In this document: positions 1 to 8,859 of the stretch, piece by piece
Layout of the letters: each line of letters opens with the position of its first letter
Numbering within the stretch: the first letter of the stretch is position 1
NCBI GenBank assembly: GCA_030039865.1
Contig: JASHUS010000205.1
Coordinates: 1-39,914, forward strand
Direction of reading: 5' to 3'
DNA: 39,914 bases
DNA from: Thermoplasmata archaeon
GTDB lineage: Archaea > Thermoplasmatota > Thermoplasmata > Lutacidiplasmatales > UBA184
Notes under the pieces: generated by a model
Database searches by the model: none
What the model was told of the DNA's origin: nothing
Seen by the model: only the letters and a program-made list of their open reading frames with translations
Program-made: the position numbers and the translations under genes

Positions 1-134
1 ACCACCACGGCGATCGCGATCACGGGGGCGAGTCGCCGCCAGGGCGAACGGGCGGGCGGCAGGGGCGGAAGTGAGTACGGTGCCGGTAGACCGGGCGGCG
101 CGGCGGGTGGTGGCGTGGACGGGGAGGACGACAT
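1..134 (-). CDS. Partial CDS (N-terminus only): Pro-rich protein with the start of a hydrophobic anchor; continues beyond the window start
   Basis: The minus-strand ATG (plus-strand cat at 132-134) opens a frame that runs off the window: MSSSPSTPPPAAPPGLPAPYSLPPLPPARSPWRRLAPVIAIAVV. It is absent from the ORF track because there is no stop in the window. GC3 is high. Confidence 0.3.
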   Translation of the reverse strand, partial: MSSSPSTPPPAAPPGLPAPYSLPPLPPARSPWRRLAPVIAIAVV

Positions 135-251
135 TGGCCGTACTAGTCTCGGAACGTGGTTTCAATCTTTCGCGCGATGGGTCGGAGTCCGGACGGCCGT
201 CACCTGTCGCACGTTATGAGGGTCGGCGGCTCGACTCCGAGGGGGACGGCG

Positions 252-623
252 ATGGAGCGACCGATCGTGGCGAGCGTGCTCACCGTCATCGGGGGCGCCC
301 TGATCCTGCTCGGCGGCCTCCTCGTCTTCGTCATCGGCGGGATCATCTCGGCGTTCCTCGGGCACTTCAGCTCCCTGTGGCTCGTCGGTCTCGTCGTCGG
401 CGCCTTCACGATCCTCATGGGGATCCTGATGATGCTCGTGCCGCCGGCGCACGTCGTCTGGGGCGTGCTCGCGATCGTCTTCGCGCTCGTCAGCATCCCG
501 TTCGCCCTCGGCGGATTCATCCTCGGCTTCGTCCTCGCGGTCGCCGGCGGCACGATCGCGATCCGCTGGCGGCCCCCGCCCAAGCCTCAGGTGATCACGG
601 TCGAGGGGAAGACCGTCGTCTGA
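252..623 (+). CDS. Small multi-pass integral membrane protein (about 4 TM helices), unknown function
   Basis: Lies within ORF 156..623. The internal ATG at 252 (MERPIVASVLTVIGGALILLGG...) begins directly at the first hydrophobic helix. The residues upstream of it are Arg/Ser/Gly-rich. Confidence 0.6.
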   Translation: MERPIVASVLTVIGGALILLGGLLVFVIGGIISAFLGHFSSLWLVGLVVGAFTILMGILMMLVPPAHVVWGVLAIVFALVSIPFALGGFILGFVLAVAGGTIAIRWRPPPKPQVITVEGKTVV

Positions 624-668
624 GCGGGCGCGGCCCGCTCCGTCGGGCCCGGTTCCGAGGGATCGTCG

Positions 669-1253
669 ATGTCCGTCCTGTTCGAGCTTGCGTTCGGCCT
701 CGCCCTCGGCTTCTCGCTCACCGTTCCGCCGGGCCCGATGAACGCGCTCATCGCGAGCCGATCGACCCGGGCCTATCGCGGGGGCCTCCTCACCGGCCTC
801 GGCGCGATGAGCGCCGACGGGATCCTCGGCGCGGCGGTCTACGCGCTCCAGAGCGCCGTCGATCTCACGTCGATCGTCCGGTACGTCTACGTCCTCGGCT
901 GCGGCGTGATGGCGTTCCTGGCCTACCGCCTGCTCGCGCGGCCGGCCCCCGCGGAGGTGGCCGAGCCCGGTGGACTCGCGACGTACTCCACGGCGCTCGC
1001 GATTGGGCTGTCGAACCCGTTCCAGATCCTCTGGTGGCTGACGGCCGGCCTCGCGTTCGCGTACCTCGGGGGGCTCGTACTGCTCGCGGGCCTCTTCGGG
1101 GCGATCGCGGTCTGGGTCGTCGTCTTCCCGTGGGCGATGGCGCGGGGGGTGCGCCGGTACCCGGGGCTCGCGCGGGCCGTCACGTGGGTCTCGGGACTCC
1201 TGATGCTCGGCTTCGCCGTCTACTTCGCCTACCTCGCCGCGCACCCGGGCTGA
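669..1253 (+). CDS. LysE/RhtB-family amino-acid exporter
   Basis: 194 aa. N-terminal FSLTVPPGPMNALIASRS motif, about 6 TM helices, and a size typical of the LysE family. Confidence 0.8.
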   Translation: MSVLFELAFGLALGFSLTVPPGPMNALIASRSTRAYRGGLLTGLGAMSADGILGAAVYALQSAVDLTSIVRYVYVLGCGVMAFLAYRLLARPAPAEVAEPGGLATYSTALAIGLSNPFQILWWLTAGLAFAYLGGLVLLAGLFGAIAVWVVVFPWAMARGVRRYPGLARAVTWVSGLLMLGFAVYFAYLAAHPG

Positions 1254-1265
1254 CCGGCGCGCGGA

Positions 1266-1850
1266 TCACGCCGGTGCGGAACGCAAGCGGTCGGCGTACT
1301 GGTGCCGGAACTTCGCGACCTTCGGGGCGATAACGACCTGGCAATAGCCCTTCTCGGGGTTGCGACGGAAATAGTTCCGATGGTACTCCTCGGCCGGATA
1401 GAACGCCGTGAACGGCACGATCTCGGTCACGATCTTCTTCGACCAGACCCCTTCGTGCGCGAGCTCGCGCACGACCTCCTCGGCGGCCGCCTTCTGGGCC
1501 GCGTCGTGGTAGAAGACGGCCGAGCGGTACTGGGTGCCGACGTCGTTCCCCTGACGGTTGAGCGTCGTGGGGTCGTGCGTCGTGAAGAAGATCCGCAGCA
1601 GGTCCCGGAAGCTCACGACCGACGGGTCGAAGACGATCTCGAGCGCCTCCGCGTGCCCGGTCGTTCCCGTGCACACCTGCTCGTACGACGGGTTCGCGAC
1701 CGTGCCGCCCGCGTAGCCGGGCAGGACGCGCTCGACCCCGCGCAGATCGGAGAAGACGGCCTCGGTGCACCAGAAGCATCCGCCCGCGAACGTCGCCGTC
1801 TCCCGGCGGCCGCTGGCGGCCGGGGTCGCCCCGGGGGGCTCCGGCGTCAT
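1266..1850 (-). CDS. msrA: Peptide-methionine (S)-S-oxide reductase MsrA
   Basis: C-terminal 194 aa of ORF 1266..2570, starting at MTPEPPG (cat at 1848-1850). Catalytic [10 protein letters not shown] motif plus GYAGG, HAEA..V.FDP and YHRNYF. Confidence 0.93.
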   Translation of the reverse strand: MTPEPPGATPAASGRRETATFAGGCFWCTEAVFSDLRGVERVLPGYAGGTVANPSYEQVCTGTTGHAEALEIVFDPSVVSFRDLLRIFFTTHDPTTLNRQGNDVGTQYRSAVFYHDAAQKAAAEEVVRELAHEGVWSKKIVTEIVPFTAFYPAEEYHRNYFRRNPEKGYCQVVIAPKVAKFRHQYADRLRSAPA

Positions 1851-2590
1851 GCCGGAGGCGCCTCCCTCAGCTTTCGCTCCGCGGCGCGGCCCCCCGCCAG
1901 GACCAGCGCCGGCGCCGCGATGACGAGCACCGGGAGGAGCAGGAGGATGTAGCGCATCCCCGGGATCTGCGCGATCAGGCCGATGAACGGGATGAGCACG
2001 ACGATGAGGAGGACGAGGTAGACGACGCCACCGGCGCCGATCGCGCCGCGGCCGAGGTGACCCGCCGACAGCAGGAGCCCCACGGCGATCCCGAGACCGC
2101 CGAGCCAGGCGCAGCCGAACCCGATCACCGCCGTGTAGCCACCGAACGGTTGGCCCGACTCGAGGCAGCTCAGGATGCTCGACGCCGGGCCCTTGACGCA
2201 GCTGGTCAGGGTGTCGGTGTGCCCGGCGAGGACCCCCGCCGCGAGGACGAGCAGGAGGAATCCGACCGACCCGATCAGGCAGAGCACCGTCGAGGCCCAG
2301 AGCTTCGAGTCGAACTTGCGCATCTTGGAGAACGCGCTGCGGTAGAAGTAGAGCGAGACCAGGTACAGGATCGCGCCGAGGATGATGAGCAGGCTCGACG
2401 TCAGGACCGAGTCCGCCGCGAGCGTGAAGAACCCGCTCGGGGAGTACTTGCTGATCTCGAGGATGAGCACCGGGATCAGCACCGCGAGCACGCCCGCGAT
2501 CAGGCCGAACCACGCGCCGGCGGCCAGCCGGCGCGCGCCTTTTTCGTCGCGTTCCCGCTCTTTCGCCCACGGGACCCGGGGTTCCGCCAT
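1847..2590 (-). CDS. Multi-pass membrane protein (DUF973-like archaeal membrane protein), unknown function
   Basis: 247 aa with 6-7 hydrophobic helices. Its stop overlaps the msrA start by 4 nt (ATGA), which implies co-translation. The DUF973 assignment is from memory of that family's architecture only. Confidence 0.6.
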   Translation of the reverse strand: MAEPRVPWAKERERDEKGARRLAAGAWFGLIAGVLAVLIPVLILEISKYSPSGFFTLAADSVLTSSLLIILGAILYLVSLYFYRSAFSKMRKFDSKLWASTVLCLIGSVGFLLLVLAAGVLAGHTDTLTSCVKGPASSILSCLESGQPFGGYTAVIGFGCAWLGGLGIAVGLLLSAGHLGRGAIGAGGVVYLVLLIVVLIPFIGLIAQIPGMRYILLLLPVLVIAAPALVLAGGRAAERKLREAPPA

Positions 2591-2667
2591 CGCTCGCCGC
2601 CTCCGCGTCGCCCCCAGCCCGCGACCGGGTTATCTAACCTCGCCCCTCCGGTGAGCGTCCCGTCGGG

Positions 2668-3120
2668 TCAGGGGCGGACGACGATCTCGACGGTGCAGTG
2701 CGCCCAGGCTCGCGCGTTCCGCCACGGGTCCGCCGTGTAGACCTCGCGATAGTCGCCCACGGAGCGGATCTTCTTCTCGCGGCGCTGGGCGCGGAGCCAA
2801 TCGTAGACCCCGTGGTAGATCACCCGCGGCGAGACGGCCTCGGGATCGAACGTCACTCGGGCGACCCGCCCCGCCGCGAGCGAGCGCACCCGGATCCCGT
2901 CGCCCCCGCGCGCCTTCCCGAGGACCTGGATGGCGACCTCGAACGACGTCGGGTTCGGCTCCCGGAAGATCCAGGCACCGGTGCGGAGCCCCCGCGCCTT
3001 CGTCCACTTCTCGATCCGGGCGAAGTTCGAACGGATCTTCGCCTCGCTCCAGGTCCCCTTCCACGCGATGCTCGCGACCCGCCGCAAGGGTACCCGCCCG
3101 TATCCGAAGTCCACCGTCAT
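2668..3120 (-). CDS. GyrI-like / effector-binding-domain small protein
   Basis: C-terminal 150 aa of ORF 2668..4080, from MTVDFGYGRV (cat at 3118-3120). The size and a duplicated beta-alpha-beta-beta pattern (…WKGTWSE…, …YREVYTADPW…) resemble the GyrI-like fold. The upstream part of the long ORF overlaps moaA in another frame and was rejected. Confidence 0.5.
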   Translation of the reverse strand: MTVDFGYGRVPLRRVASIAWKGTWSEAKIRSNFARIEKWTKARGLRTGAWIFREPNPTSFEVAIQVLGKARGGDGIRVRSLAAGRVARVTFDPEAVSPRVIYHGVYDWLRAQRREKKIRSVGDYREVYTADPWRNARAWAHCTVEIVVRP

Positions 3121-3149
3121 AGTGCCTCGAACGCGGAAGGCGCCGAACC

Positions 3150-4151
3150 CTATTGAAGGCGCCGAAACGAAGGGTCCGCGGCGGCCGCCCGGGGCGCGAC
3201 CATCGGTAGCGGCACCGAGGGCGCGTTCCCGCGGGGGTAGTCCTTCACGTACGCCCCATAGTACGGCACGCGCGTCGAGATGACCTGACGGAACGCGTCG
3301 CGCAGCGCGGCATCGTCCAGACCGCGCGTGGGCACGAGGTCGTCGGACCGGTTGAGACAGCCTTTCAGCTCCCCGCGGTGGGTCACCCGGATCCGGTGAC
3401 AGTTCGAGCAGAACTCGGCGTTGTACACGGGGTCGACGAGCTCGACCTCGGCGTGCTGGAATCGGTAGACGCGCCGGTGGTGCATCTCGCGCACTAGGAC
3501 GTGGGAAGCGTGCGTCTCCAGCCAGTCGCGGACCGCGCGGATATCGACCCGGCGCTCTTCGTGGGCGACGAGCTCGGGCATGTACTCGATGAGCTGGAGC
3601 TTGAGGCCGTCCGTCGCGCCGACGAACTCGATCATCCGCGGGATGCTCTCGACCGTCGGACGGAAGACGACCATGTTGAGCTTCACCGGCTTCAGTCCGA
3701 CGCGCAGCGCCGCCCGGATCCCCCGCAGGACCGGGGCGAGGGCGCCGCCCCGGATCTGATGGAACGCCTCGGGGTCGACCGAGTCGACCGAGACGTTGAC
3801 CCGCTTCAGGCCGGCGTCGCGCAGCGACTCCGCGCGGCGTTCGAGCATCGAGCCGTTGGTCGTCAGGGAGACGTCGGCGATCTGCTCGACCGTCCGCTCG
3901 ACGATCCGTTCGAGGTCGTCCCGGACGAGCGGTTCGCCGCCCGTGAACTTCACCGATCGGATCCCGAACTCGCGGGCGACCCCGACGAGCCGCTCGACCT
4001 CGACCGGGCTGAGCTCCTCGTCGTGCGGCGCGCGCGGCCGCGCGACCGGGCCGAGCCCTTCGTCGTGGCAGTAGACGCACCCGAAGTTGCAGCGCTTGGT
4101 GACGCTGATGCGGATGTCGGTGACCGCCCGCCCGAACGCGTCGGAGAGCAT
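3150..4151 (-). CDS. moaA: GTP 3',8-cyclase MoaA (radical SAM, molybdenum cofactor biosynthesis)
   Basis: 333 aa. N-terminal CNFGCVYCH radical-SAM cluster motif, C-terminal CSNCHRIRVTHRGELKGC auxiliary cluster motif, and the GGEPL motif. Confidence 0.9.
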   Translation of the reverse strand: MLSDAFGRAVTDIRISVTKRCNFGCVYCHDEGLGPVARPRAPHDEELSPVEVERLVGVAREFGIRSVKFTGGEPLVRDDLERIVERTVEQIADVSLTTNGSMLERRAESLRDAGLKRVNVSVDSVDPEAFHQIRGGALAPVLRGIRAALRVGLKPVKLNMVVFRPTVESIPRMIEFVGATDGLKLQLIEYMPELVAHEERRVDIRAVRDWLETHASHVLVREMHHRRVYRFQHAEVELVDPVYNAEFCSNCHRIRVTHRGELKGCLNRSDDLVPTRGLDDAALRDAFRQVISTRVPYYGAYVKDYPRGNAPSVPLPMVAPRAAAADPSFRRLQ

Positions 4152-4217
4152 CGGACCACTAGGAGGCGGACGCCGCTTAACGGGGAGGGTCGGCCCTCCC
4201 CGTCGCCCCGCGCGTCC

Positions 4218-5177
4218 TCAGGCGCGCGCGGCCGGCGTGTCCGGGCTCTCCTCGAGCGGTACGTTGACCTCGAGCGTCTGGCGGCGGCGCTGGATCGCCA
4301 TCGCGACGTCCGAGCCGACCGGGAATTTCGAGAGCGACTCGATCAGCTCGCGGACCCGGTGGACCTCGAACGGCCCGACGCGCGACACGACATCGCCGGC
4401 CCGCAGCCCGGCCCGATGCGCGGGGGACCGGGGCACGACCTCCGCGACGAGCAGGCCCGCGCCCGGAACGAGTCCGTGCGAGCGCGCGAGCTCGGGTCCG
4501 AGCTCGGCGACCTGGACGCCGATCCACGGTCGCACGACGCGTCCGTGCCGCCGCAGTTCGTCCGCGATCCGCCGCACGGCTTGCGTGGGGATCGCGAAGC
4601 CGACCCCCTGCGCGAACGGGATCATCGCGGTGTTGATGCCGATCACCGATCCGGCGAGATCAAGGAGCGGCCCGCCGCTGTTGCCGGGGTTGATGGCGGC
4701 GTCGGTCTGCACGAGCCCCTCGAAGATGAAGTCCGAACCCGGGAGCGGACGGCCGAGGGCGCTGACGACCCCGGTCGAGACGGTCGGGCCCCCCGGCAGG
4801 CCGAGCGCGTGCCCGACCGCGAGGACGATCTGCCCGACCCGGAGCGCGTCCGAGTCGCCCAGGTGCGCCGCCGGGACGTCGATCGCGTCGACCTTGACGA
4901 GCGCGATGTCCGTCACCGCGTCGCCCCCGACGACCTCCCCGGGGAGTTCCCGCCCATCCGCCAAGTGGACGCGGAGAGCGGTCGCGCCCTCGACGACGTG
5001 CTCGTTCGTCAGCAGATAGCCGGTCGGGTCCCAGACGACGGCCGAGGCCTGCCCCGGCCGCGCGAAGGGGCCCATCCCGCGCTGTCGTCCGACCCGCAGG
5101 GTCTCGACGCTGGCGACGCTCGGGCCGATCGCTCCGACGGCGGCGACGATCCGGTCCTCGAGCTCGGTCAGGCCCAT
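4218..5177 (-). CDS. HtrA/DegP-family trypsin-like serine protease with one PDZ domain
   Basis: Catalytic triad contexts TNEHVV, DIALVKV and GNSGGPLL, with a C-terminal PDZ (GLLVAEVVPRSPAHRAGLRAGDVV). Start chosen at MGLTELED (cat 5175-5177), which is preceded by GGGGGTGA on the coding strand. The ORF could extend to 5222. No obvious signal peptide or TM helix. Confidence 0.85.
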   Translation of the reverse strand: MGLTELEDRIVAAVGAIGPSVASVETLRVGRQRGMGPFARPGQASAVVWDPTGYLLTNEHVVEGATALRVHLADGRELPGEVVGGDAVTDIALVKVDAIDVPAAHLGDSDALRVGQIVLAVGHALGLPGGPTVSTGVVSALGRPLPGSDFIFEGLVQTDAAINPGNSGGPLLDLAGSVIGINTAMIPFAQGVGFAIPTQAVRRIADELRRHGRVVRPWIGVQVAELGPELARSHGLVPGAGLLVAEVVPRSPAHRAGLRAGDVVSRVGPFEVHRVRELIESLSKFPVGSDVAMAIQRRRQTLEVNVPLEESPDTPAARA

Positions 5178-5289
5178 GCGGTCACCCCCGCGCGCCCGGA
5201 CGCGGCGCCCGAGCCGGGCCACGGCAGCATCGGCTCCGGCCCCATCGGCGGGCTCGGCATCGGCTGGCCCGGGGTGGTCGGCATCGCCC

Positions 5290-5544
5290 TCACTCCTCGA
5301 GAAGCTTCTCGAGCTTCTCGAACAGGGCCTCGGCTCCCTTCTCCTTCTTGCGGCCGCCTTCCCAGCGGGCGTTGACGATCTCCACCAGGACGTCGGCGAC
5401 CTTGTCCATCCACGGTCCCTCCTGTGCGTCGAACCGCTTCTTGATCTTCTCGCGGAGTAGCTCGTTGTACGCCCGATAGGCGGACCAGATCCACGGTCCG
5501 TAGTGGGGGTTCCCGTTTCCCGAGTCGTTCTCGTTCTCGCTCAT
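5290..5544 (-). CDS. Small charged hypothetical protein (84 aa)
   Basis: Clean ATG ORF, MSENENDSGNGNPHYGPWIWSAYRAYNELLREKIKKRF…LEKLLEE, predicted helical, with AAGGA upstream of the ATG. Same strand as the HtrA-like gene and 112 nt upstream of it. I recognise no family. Confidence 0.5.
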   Translation of the reverse strand: MSENENDSGNGNPHYGPWIWSAYRAYNELLREKIKKRFDAQEGPWMDKVADVLVEIVNARWEGGRKKEKGAEALFEKLEKLLEE

Positions 5545-5708
5545 GTTCGATCCTTGGAACTTGGTTCCGAGGAGTGTTACCCGGCGGCGGAGGATATTGA
5601 CCGGGTGGAACGTCGGCCGGTCACACGGGGCCGGTCGTGGCCGTCGGCTCGAGGAAGGAAGGGATCGCGGAGTCCGGCCCTCGTGGTTACGGTGCCGTAA
5701 CCGACGGG

Positions 5709-5714
5709 ATAAAT
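5709..5714 (+). promoter_or_regulatory. TATA-like box upstream of the wHTH regulator gene
   Basis: ATAAAT lies 24-29 nt upstream of the GTG at 5738. Confidence 0.35.
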
Positions 5715-5737
5715 CCCATCGCCCGCTCCGGCCGGTC

Positions 5738-6352
5738 GTGCCCGAGGAGCGGGAGGAGCCGTCGGCGTTCGCCTCGACTCGCCTGGACGACCGGGTCCTG
5801 GTCGCCCTGCAAGGGCTTCCCGGTCGGCTCGCGTTTAGCGGTCTCCGCCGTGTCCTGCACGCGCACCCGGAATCGCTGGCGCGGGCGCTTCGACGGCTGG
5901 AGCGTGAGGGTCTCGTCGAGCGCGTCGACGGCGGCTATCGCGCCCTGACCGGGTCGTCCGGCTCGCCAGCGGTGCTGTCGAACGACCTCCGAACGATCGC
6001 GGCGATCGATCTCCCCGGGGGTGCCTCTCCGGATTCGCTCCTCGCGAGACTGGCCGGGCACTGGTTCGGCTCCCTGCGATGGGTGGGGATCGTGGACCGG
6101 CCCGACGAGCGCTTGCTCGCTTGGGCCCGGCGCGACGGGTCCGATTACGTGCTCCTCGGGATCGATCGCGGCAAACTGCGCGTCTACGTCCCTTCGGGAC
6201 CGTCCAACGCCACGGCCGAAGCGGACGACGCAGCCTACGAGCTCCTGGTCCACGCGGTCGAGGCGTTGCGCCCGGCGCCGACTGCCAACGGCCCGGTGAC
6301 GTTCCTCTCGTTGGAACGCGACGACCGACCCCGCTGGCTCCCCGATAACTGA
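5738..6352 (+). CDS. Winged-helix (ArsR/MarR-like) transcription regulator with an uncharacterised C-terminal domain
   Basis: wHTH signature LAFSGLRRVLHAHPESLARALRRLEREGLVERVDGGYRAL. The track start (ATG 5543) overlaps the divergent gene and encodes Arg-rich junk. The in-frame GTG at 5738 lies 29 nt downstream of an ATAAAT box (5709-5714), consistent with a leaderless mRNA. The start remains uncertain. Confidence 0.55.
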   Translation: MPEEREEPSAFASTRLDDRVLVALQGLPGRLAFSGLRRVLHAHPESLARALRRLEREGLVERVDGGYRALTGSSGSPAVLSNDLRTIAAIDLPGGASPDSLLARLAGHWFGSLRWVGIVDRPDERLLAWARRDGSDYVLLGIDRGKLRVYVPSGPSNATAEADDAAYELLVHAVEALRPAPTANGPVTFLSLERDDRPRWLPDN

Positions 6353-6426
6353 TCGGCCCGCCGGTGCCTCGTCTCGGCCCCCACGCCTTAAGCCGCGTCG
6401 GCGGTGTCTAGGCTCGGAGCGCCGAA

Positions 6427-7245
6427 ATGGAGGGGTCGAACCGACTTCCGGAGTCCGCTCCGCCCGCGACCGTCGCGGGGCTCGCGGTCGATGTCCGCGG
6501 AGTCTCGAAGCGGTACGCCGCGGTGCTGGCGCTCGCCCACGTCAGTTTCACCGTTCCCTCGGGACAGATCGTGGGGCTGCTCGGTCCGAACGGCGCCGGA
6601 AAGTCCACGATGATGAAGTCGATCCTCGGACTCGTCCGCCCGGATTCCGGCCAGGTGCTCGTCTTCGGCCAGGACGTCCAGACGGACGCCGTCGCGACCA
6701 AGCGCCTGGTCGGCTACGTGCCCGAGTCTCCGTCGCTCTACGAGTTCCTCACGGGGGCCGAGTACCTCGACTTCGTCGCGGACATGTACGGTCTATCCCG
6801 CGCGGAACGATCCGAACGGATCGGACACTTCCTCGGCGGCCTCGAGCTCGCCGGGCACGAGAACTCGCTCATCAGCACGTACTCGCAGGGCATGCGGCAG
6901 AAGGTCGCCCTCATCGCCGCCCTCGTGCATCGGCCCCGCCTCCTCGTGCTCGACGAGCCGCTCAACGGCCTCGATCCGAGGGCCGCGCGCGTGACGAAGG
7001 ACCTCTTGCGGAACCTCGCGGACGCCGAGGGGGTCGGCATCCTGTTCAGCACGCACGTCCTCGAGATCGCCCAGGCGATCTGCGATCGGGTCGTGATCCT
7101 CAACCACGGGGAGGTCGTCGCCTCGGGCACGATCGCGGCCCTGCGCGAGCGGGCGGGCCTCGCGGGCTCGGGACTCGAGGAGCTCTTCCTCTCGCTGACC
7201 GGGACCGGGGACCTGCACGACGTCGTGGCCGCGCTCGCGCACTGA
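6427..7245 (+). CDS. ABC transporter ATP-binding protein (ABC-2/exporter type)
   Basis: Walker A GPNGAGKST, signature YSQGMRQK, Walker B LLVLDEPLNGLD, and an H-loop (STH). Confidence 0.9.
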   Translation: MEGSNRLPESAPPATVAGLAVDVRGVSKRYAAVLALAHVSFTVPSGQIVGLLGPNGAGKSTMMKSILGLVRPDSGQVLVFGQDVQTDAVATKRLVGYVPESPSLYEFLTGAEYLDFVADMYGLSRAERSERIGHFLGGLELAGHENSLISTYSQGMRQKVALIAALVHRPRLLVLDEPLNGLDPRAARVTKDLLRNLADAEGVGILFSTHVLEIAQAICDRVVILNHGEVVASGTIAALRERAGLAGSGLEELFLSLTGTGDLHDVVAALAH

Positions 7246-7251
7246 GGCAGG

Positions 7252-8853
7252 ATGGACCTCCACCGCGTCCGGCGCCTCGCGGAGATCCTCGTCGCCTCGC
7301 AGCTCCGCTCCGGGCGAACGAACTCGAATCCGCGGAGCCTGTTCGGTCGGGGGTACTTCACGGCCCTCCTCGACGCCGGGCTGTTCCTCGTCACGTTCGG
7401 CCTCGCCTCGCTCGTCCTCCCCGCCCTCGGTCTCGGTTCCGCGGCCCTCGGAGCCACGCTCACGACGCTCGCGCCGCTCCTGCCGCTGGTCTCGGTCGCG
7501 GCCGTGCTCGTGGCGGGCGTCCTCTTCGAGCTCGTCACGACGGCGAAGTTCACGGGGAGCGACGCCGCGAACTGGCTCCCCCTCACGCCGACCGAGTACG
7601 TCGCCGCTTCCGCGAGCGCGATCGCGTACTCCTACTCGCCCGCGGTCGCGCTGATGCTCGGCGCGCTCCTCCCCGTCGCCCTCGCGGCGGGCCTCGTCGG
7701 GTACTACCTGCTCGCGGCGCTCCTGACGACCGTCGGACTCTTCGAGGGCGCGGTGCTCGTCGAGATGGTCCGGGCCGTCAGCCAGCGATCCACCTCGGTC
7801 GGGCTCGGCCGGCACGCGCGGCTCGCCCTCCTCCTGCGCGCGGCCCTCCTGGTGGTTCTGGTCCTCATCTTCGACCTCTCGTTCAACCCGGTGATCATCA
7901 TCGGCTTCGTCCACTCCTTCACGGCGGTGGAGTGGCTGACGTCCTCCGTCCCGCTCTTCTGGTCGACGCGGGCGCTCGCGGAGGGCGCGAGCGGCAACGC
8001 CCCCCTCGCGGCGGCGTTCGCGGTGGCCCAGATCGCGTTCGTCGGGCTGCTCGTCTACCTCGCGGGGCTCCTCCGGGCCCGGTTCTGGGTCCCGATCCCG
8101 CGGGAGACGGTCGAGGTCGGTCCGGCCGTGCGCTCGGGGCACCCGGTCCTCAGGCGGGTCGGGCTCAGCGGGCCCGAGGCCGCGATCGCCGCGAAGGATC
8201 TCCGCGGGTACGGCCGCCGCCGCGAGATGCTGTCGATGCTCGTCGTCCCGGTCGTCCTCGTGCTGCTCCTCGTGGTCGAGGGCTCGACGTTCGGGGAGGT
8301 CAGCGTCCTGCTCTGGGTCGGCTGGGTCGTCGGCTTCTACGCGCTGATCCTGTCGCTCACCTCGGTCGGTCAGGAGCGCCGTTCGCTGCAGTCGCTCTAC
8401 GCGTACCCGATCCGGGGGGTCAACATCCTGCGGGCGAAGGTCGCCTCCGTCCTCGTCATCGCCTACATCGCCGCGATCGCCCTGTCGATCTTCGCGGCGT
8501 GGCGCGTCCATCTCGCGCTCGGCGCGGGGCTCGCCTTCCTTGCGGCGTGCCTCATCGGCGCGACCGTGCTGACGTTCTGGGGGCTCGCGTTCGCGGCCCG
8601 GTTCTCCGACTTCCAGGACCGGCCGCGGCCGCAGTTCCTGCGTCCCGGCGCGATGGTGGGCGCGCTCGGCTCCGGGATGGTCCTCCTCTTCGCGATCCTC
8701 GGACCGACGGCGTTCGCGCTCGAAGGAGCGAGCGCGGGCGCGGCGGTCGGCCTCGCCGTCGCCGCCGGGGGCGCCGCGCTCGTCGGCGGCGCGCTCGCCG
8801 TCCATTGGGCCCGGACCGGCTTCGATCAGCTCTTCCGGCAGCTCCCGTTCTGA
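7252..8853 (+). CDS. Large polytopic permease partner of the ABC ATPase (putative ABC exporter family)
   Basis: 533 aa with at least 10 hydrophobic helices. Starts 6 nt after the ATPase stop. Confidence 0.75.
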   Translation: MDLHRVRRLAEILVASQLRSGRTNSNPRSLFGRGYFTALLDAGLFLVTFGLASLVLPALGLGSAALGATLTTLAPLLPLVSVAAVLVAGVLFELVTTAKFTGSDAANWLPLTPTEYVAASASAIAYSYSPAVALMLGALLPVALAAGLVGYYLLAALLTTVGLFEGAVLVEMVRAVSQRSTSVGLGRHARLALLLRAALLVVLVLIFDLSFNPVIIIGFVHSFTAVEWLTSSVPLFWSTRALAEGASGNAPLAAAFAVAQIAFVGLLVYLAGLLRARFWVPIPRETVEVGPAVRSGHPVLRRVGLSGPEAAIAAKDLRGYGRRREMLSMLVVPVVLVLLLVVEGSTFGEVSVLLWVGWVVGFYALILSLTSVGQERRSLQSLYAYPIRGVNILRAKVASVLVIAYIAAIALSIFAAWRVHLALGAGLAFLAACLIGATVLTFWGLAFAARFSDFQDRPRPQFLRPGAMVGALGSGMVLLFAILGPTAFALEGASAGAAVGLAVAAGGAALVGGALAVHWARTGFDQLFRQLPF

Positions 8854-8859
8854 GGCGTG

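Noticed and set aside
1266-2570. 434-aa ORF that extends MsrA upstream
   Set aside because: Only the last 194 aa are MsrA-like. The upstream part is Arg/Pro-rich and overlaps, in another frame, a membrane protein (1847..2590) with good hydrophobic periodicity.
5543-5737. ATG 5543 as the start of the wHTH regulator
   Set aside because: The first 65 codons are Arg-rich and overlap the start of the divergent gene 5290..5544. They also precede the ATAAAT box that fits the GTG 5738 start.
6793-8805. 670-aa ORF on the minus strand, and similar very long ORFs: 3501..5375 (+), 8857..10764 (+), 18293..20785 (-), 17965..19419 (+), 19483..21078 (+), 34773..36680 (+), 7932..9422 (+), 9584..11239 (-)
   Set aside because: Their translations are monotonous Arg/Gly/Pro/Asp/Glu-rich strings with no motifs. 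They lie antisense to, or out of frame with, genes that have clear family signatures. Such ORFs are expected by chance in very GC-rich DNA, where stop codons are rare.
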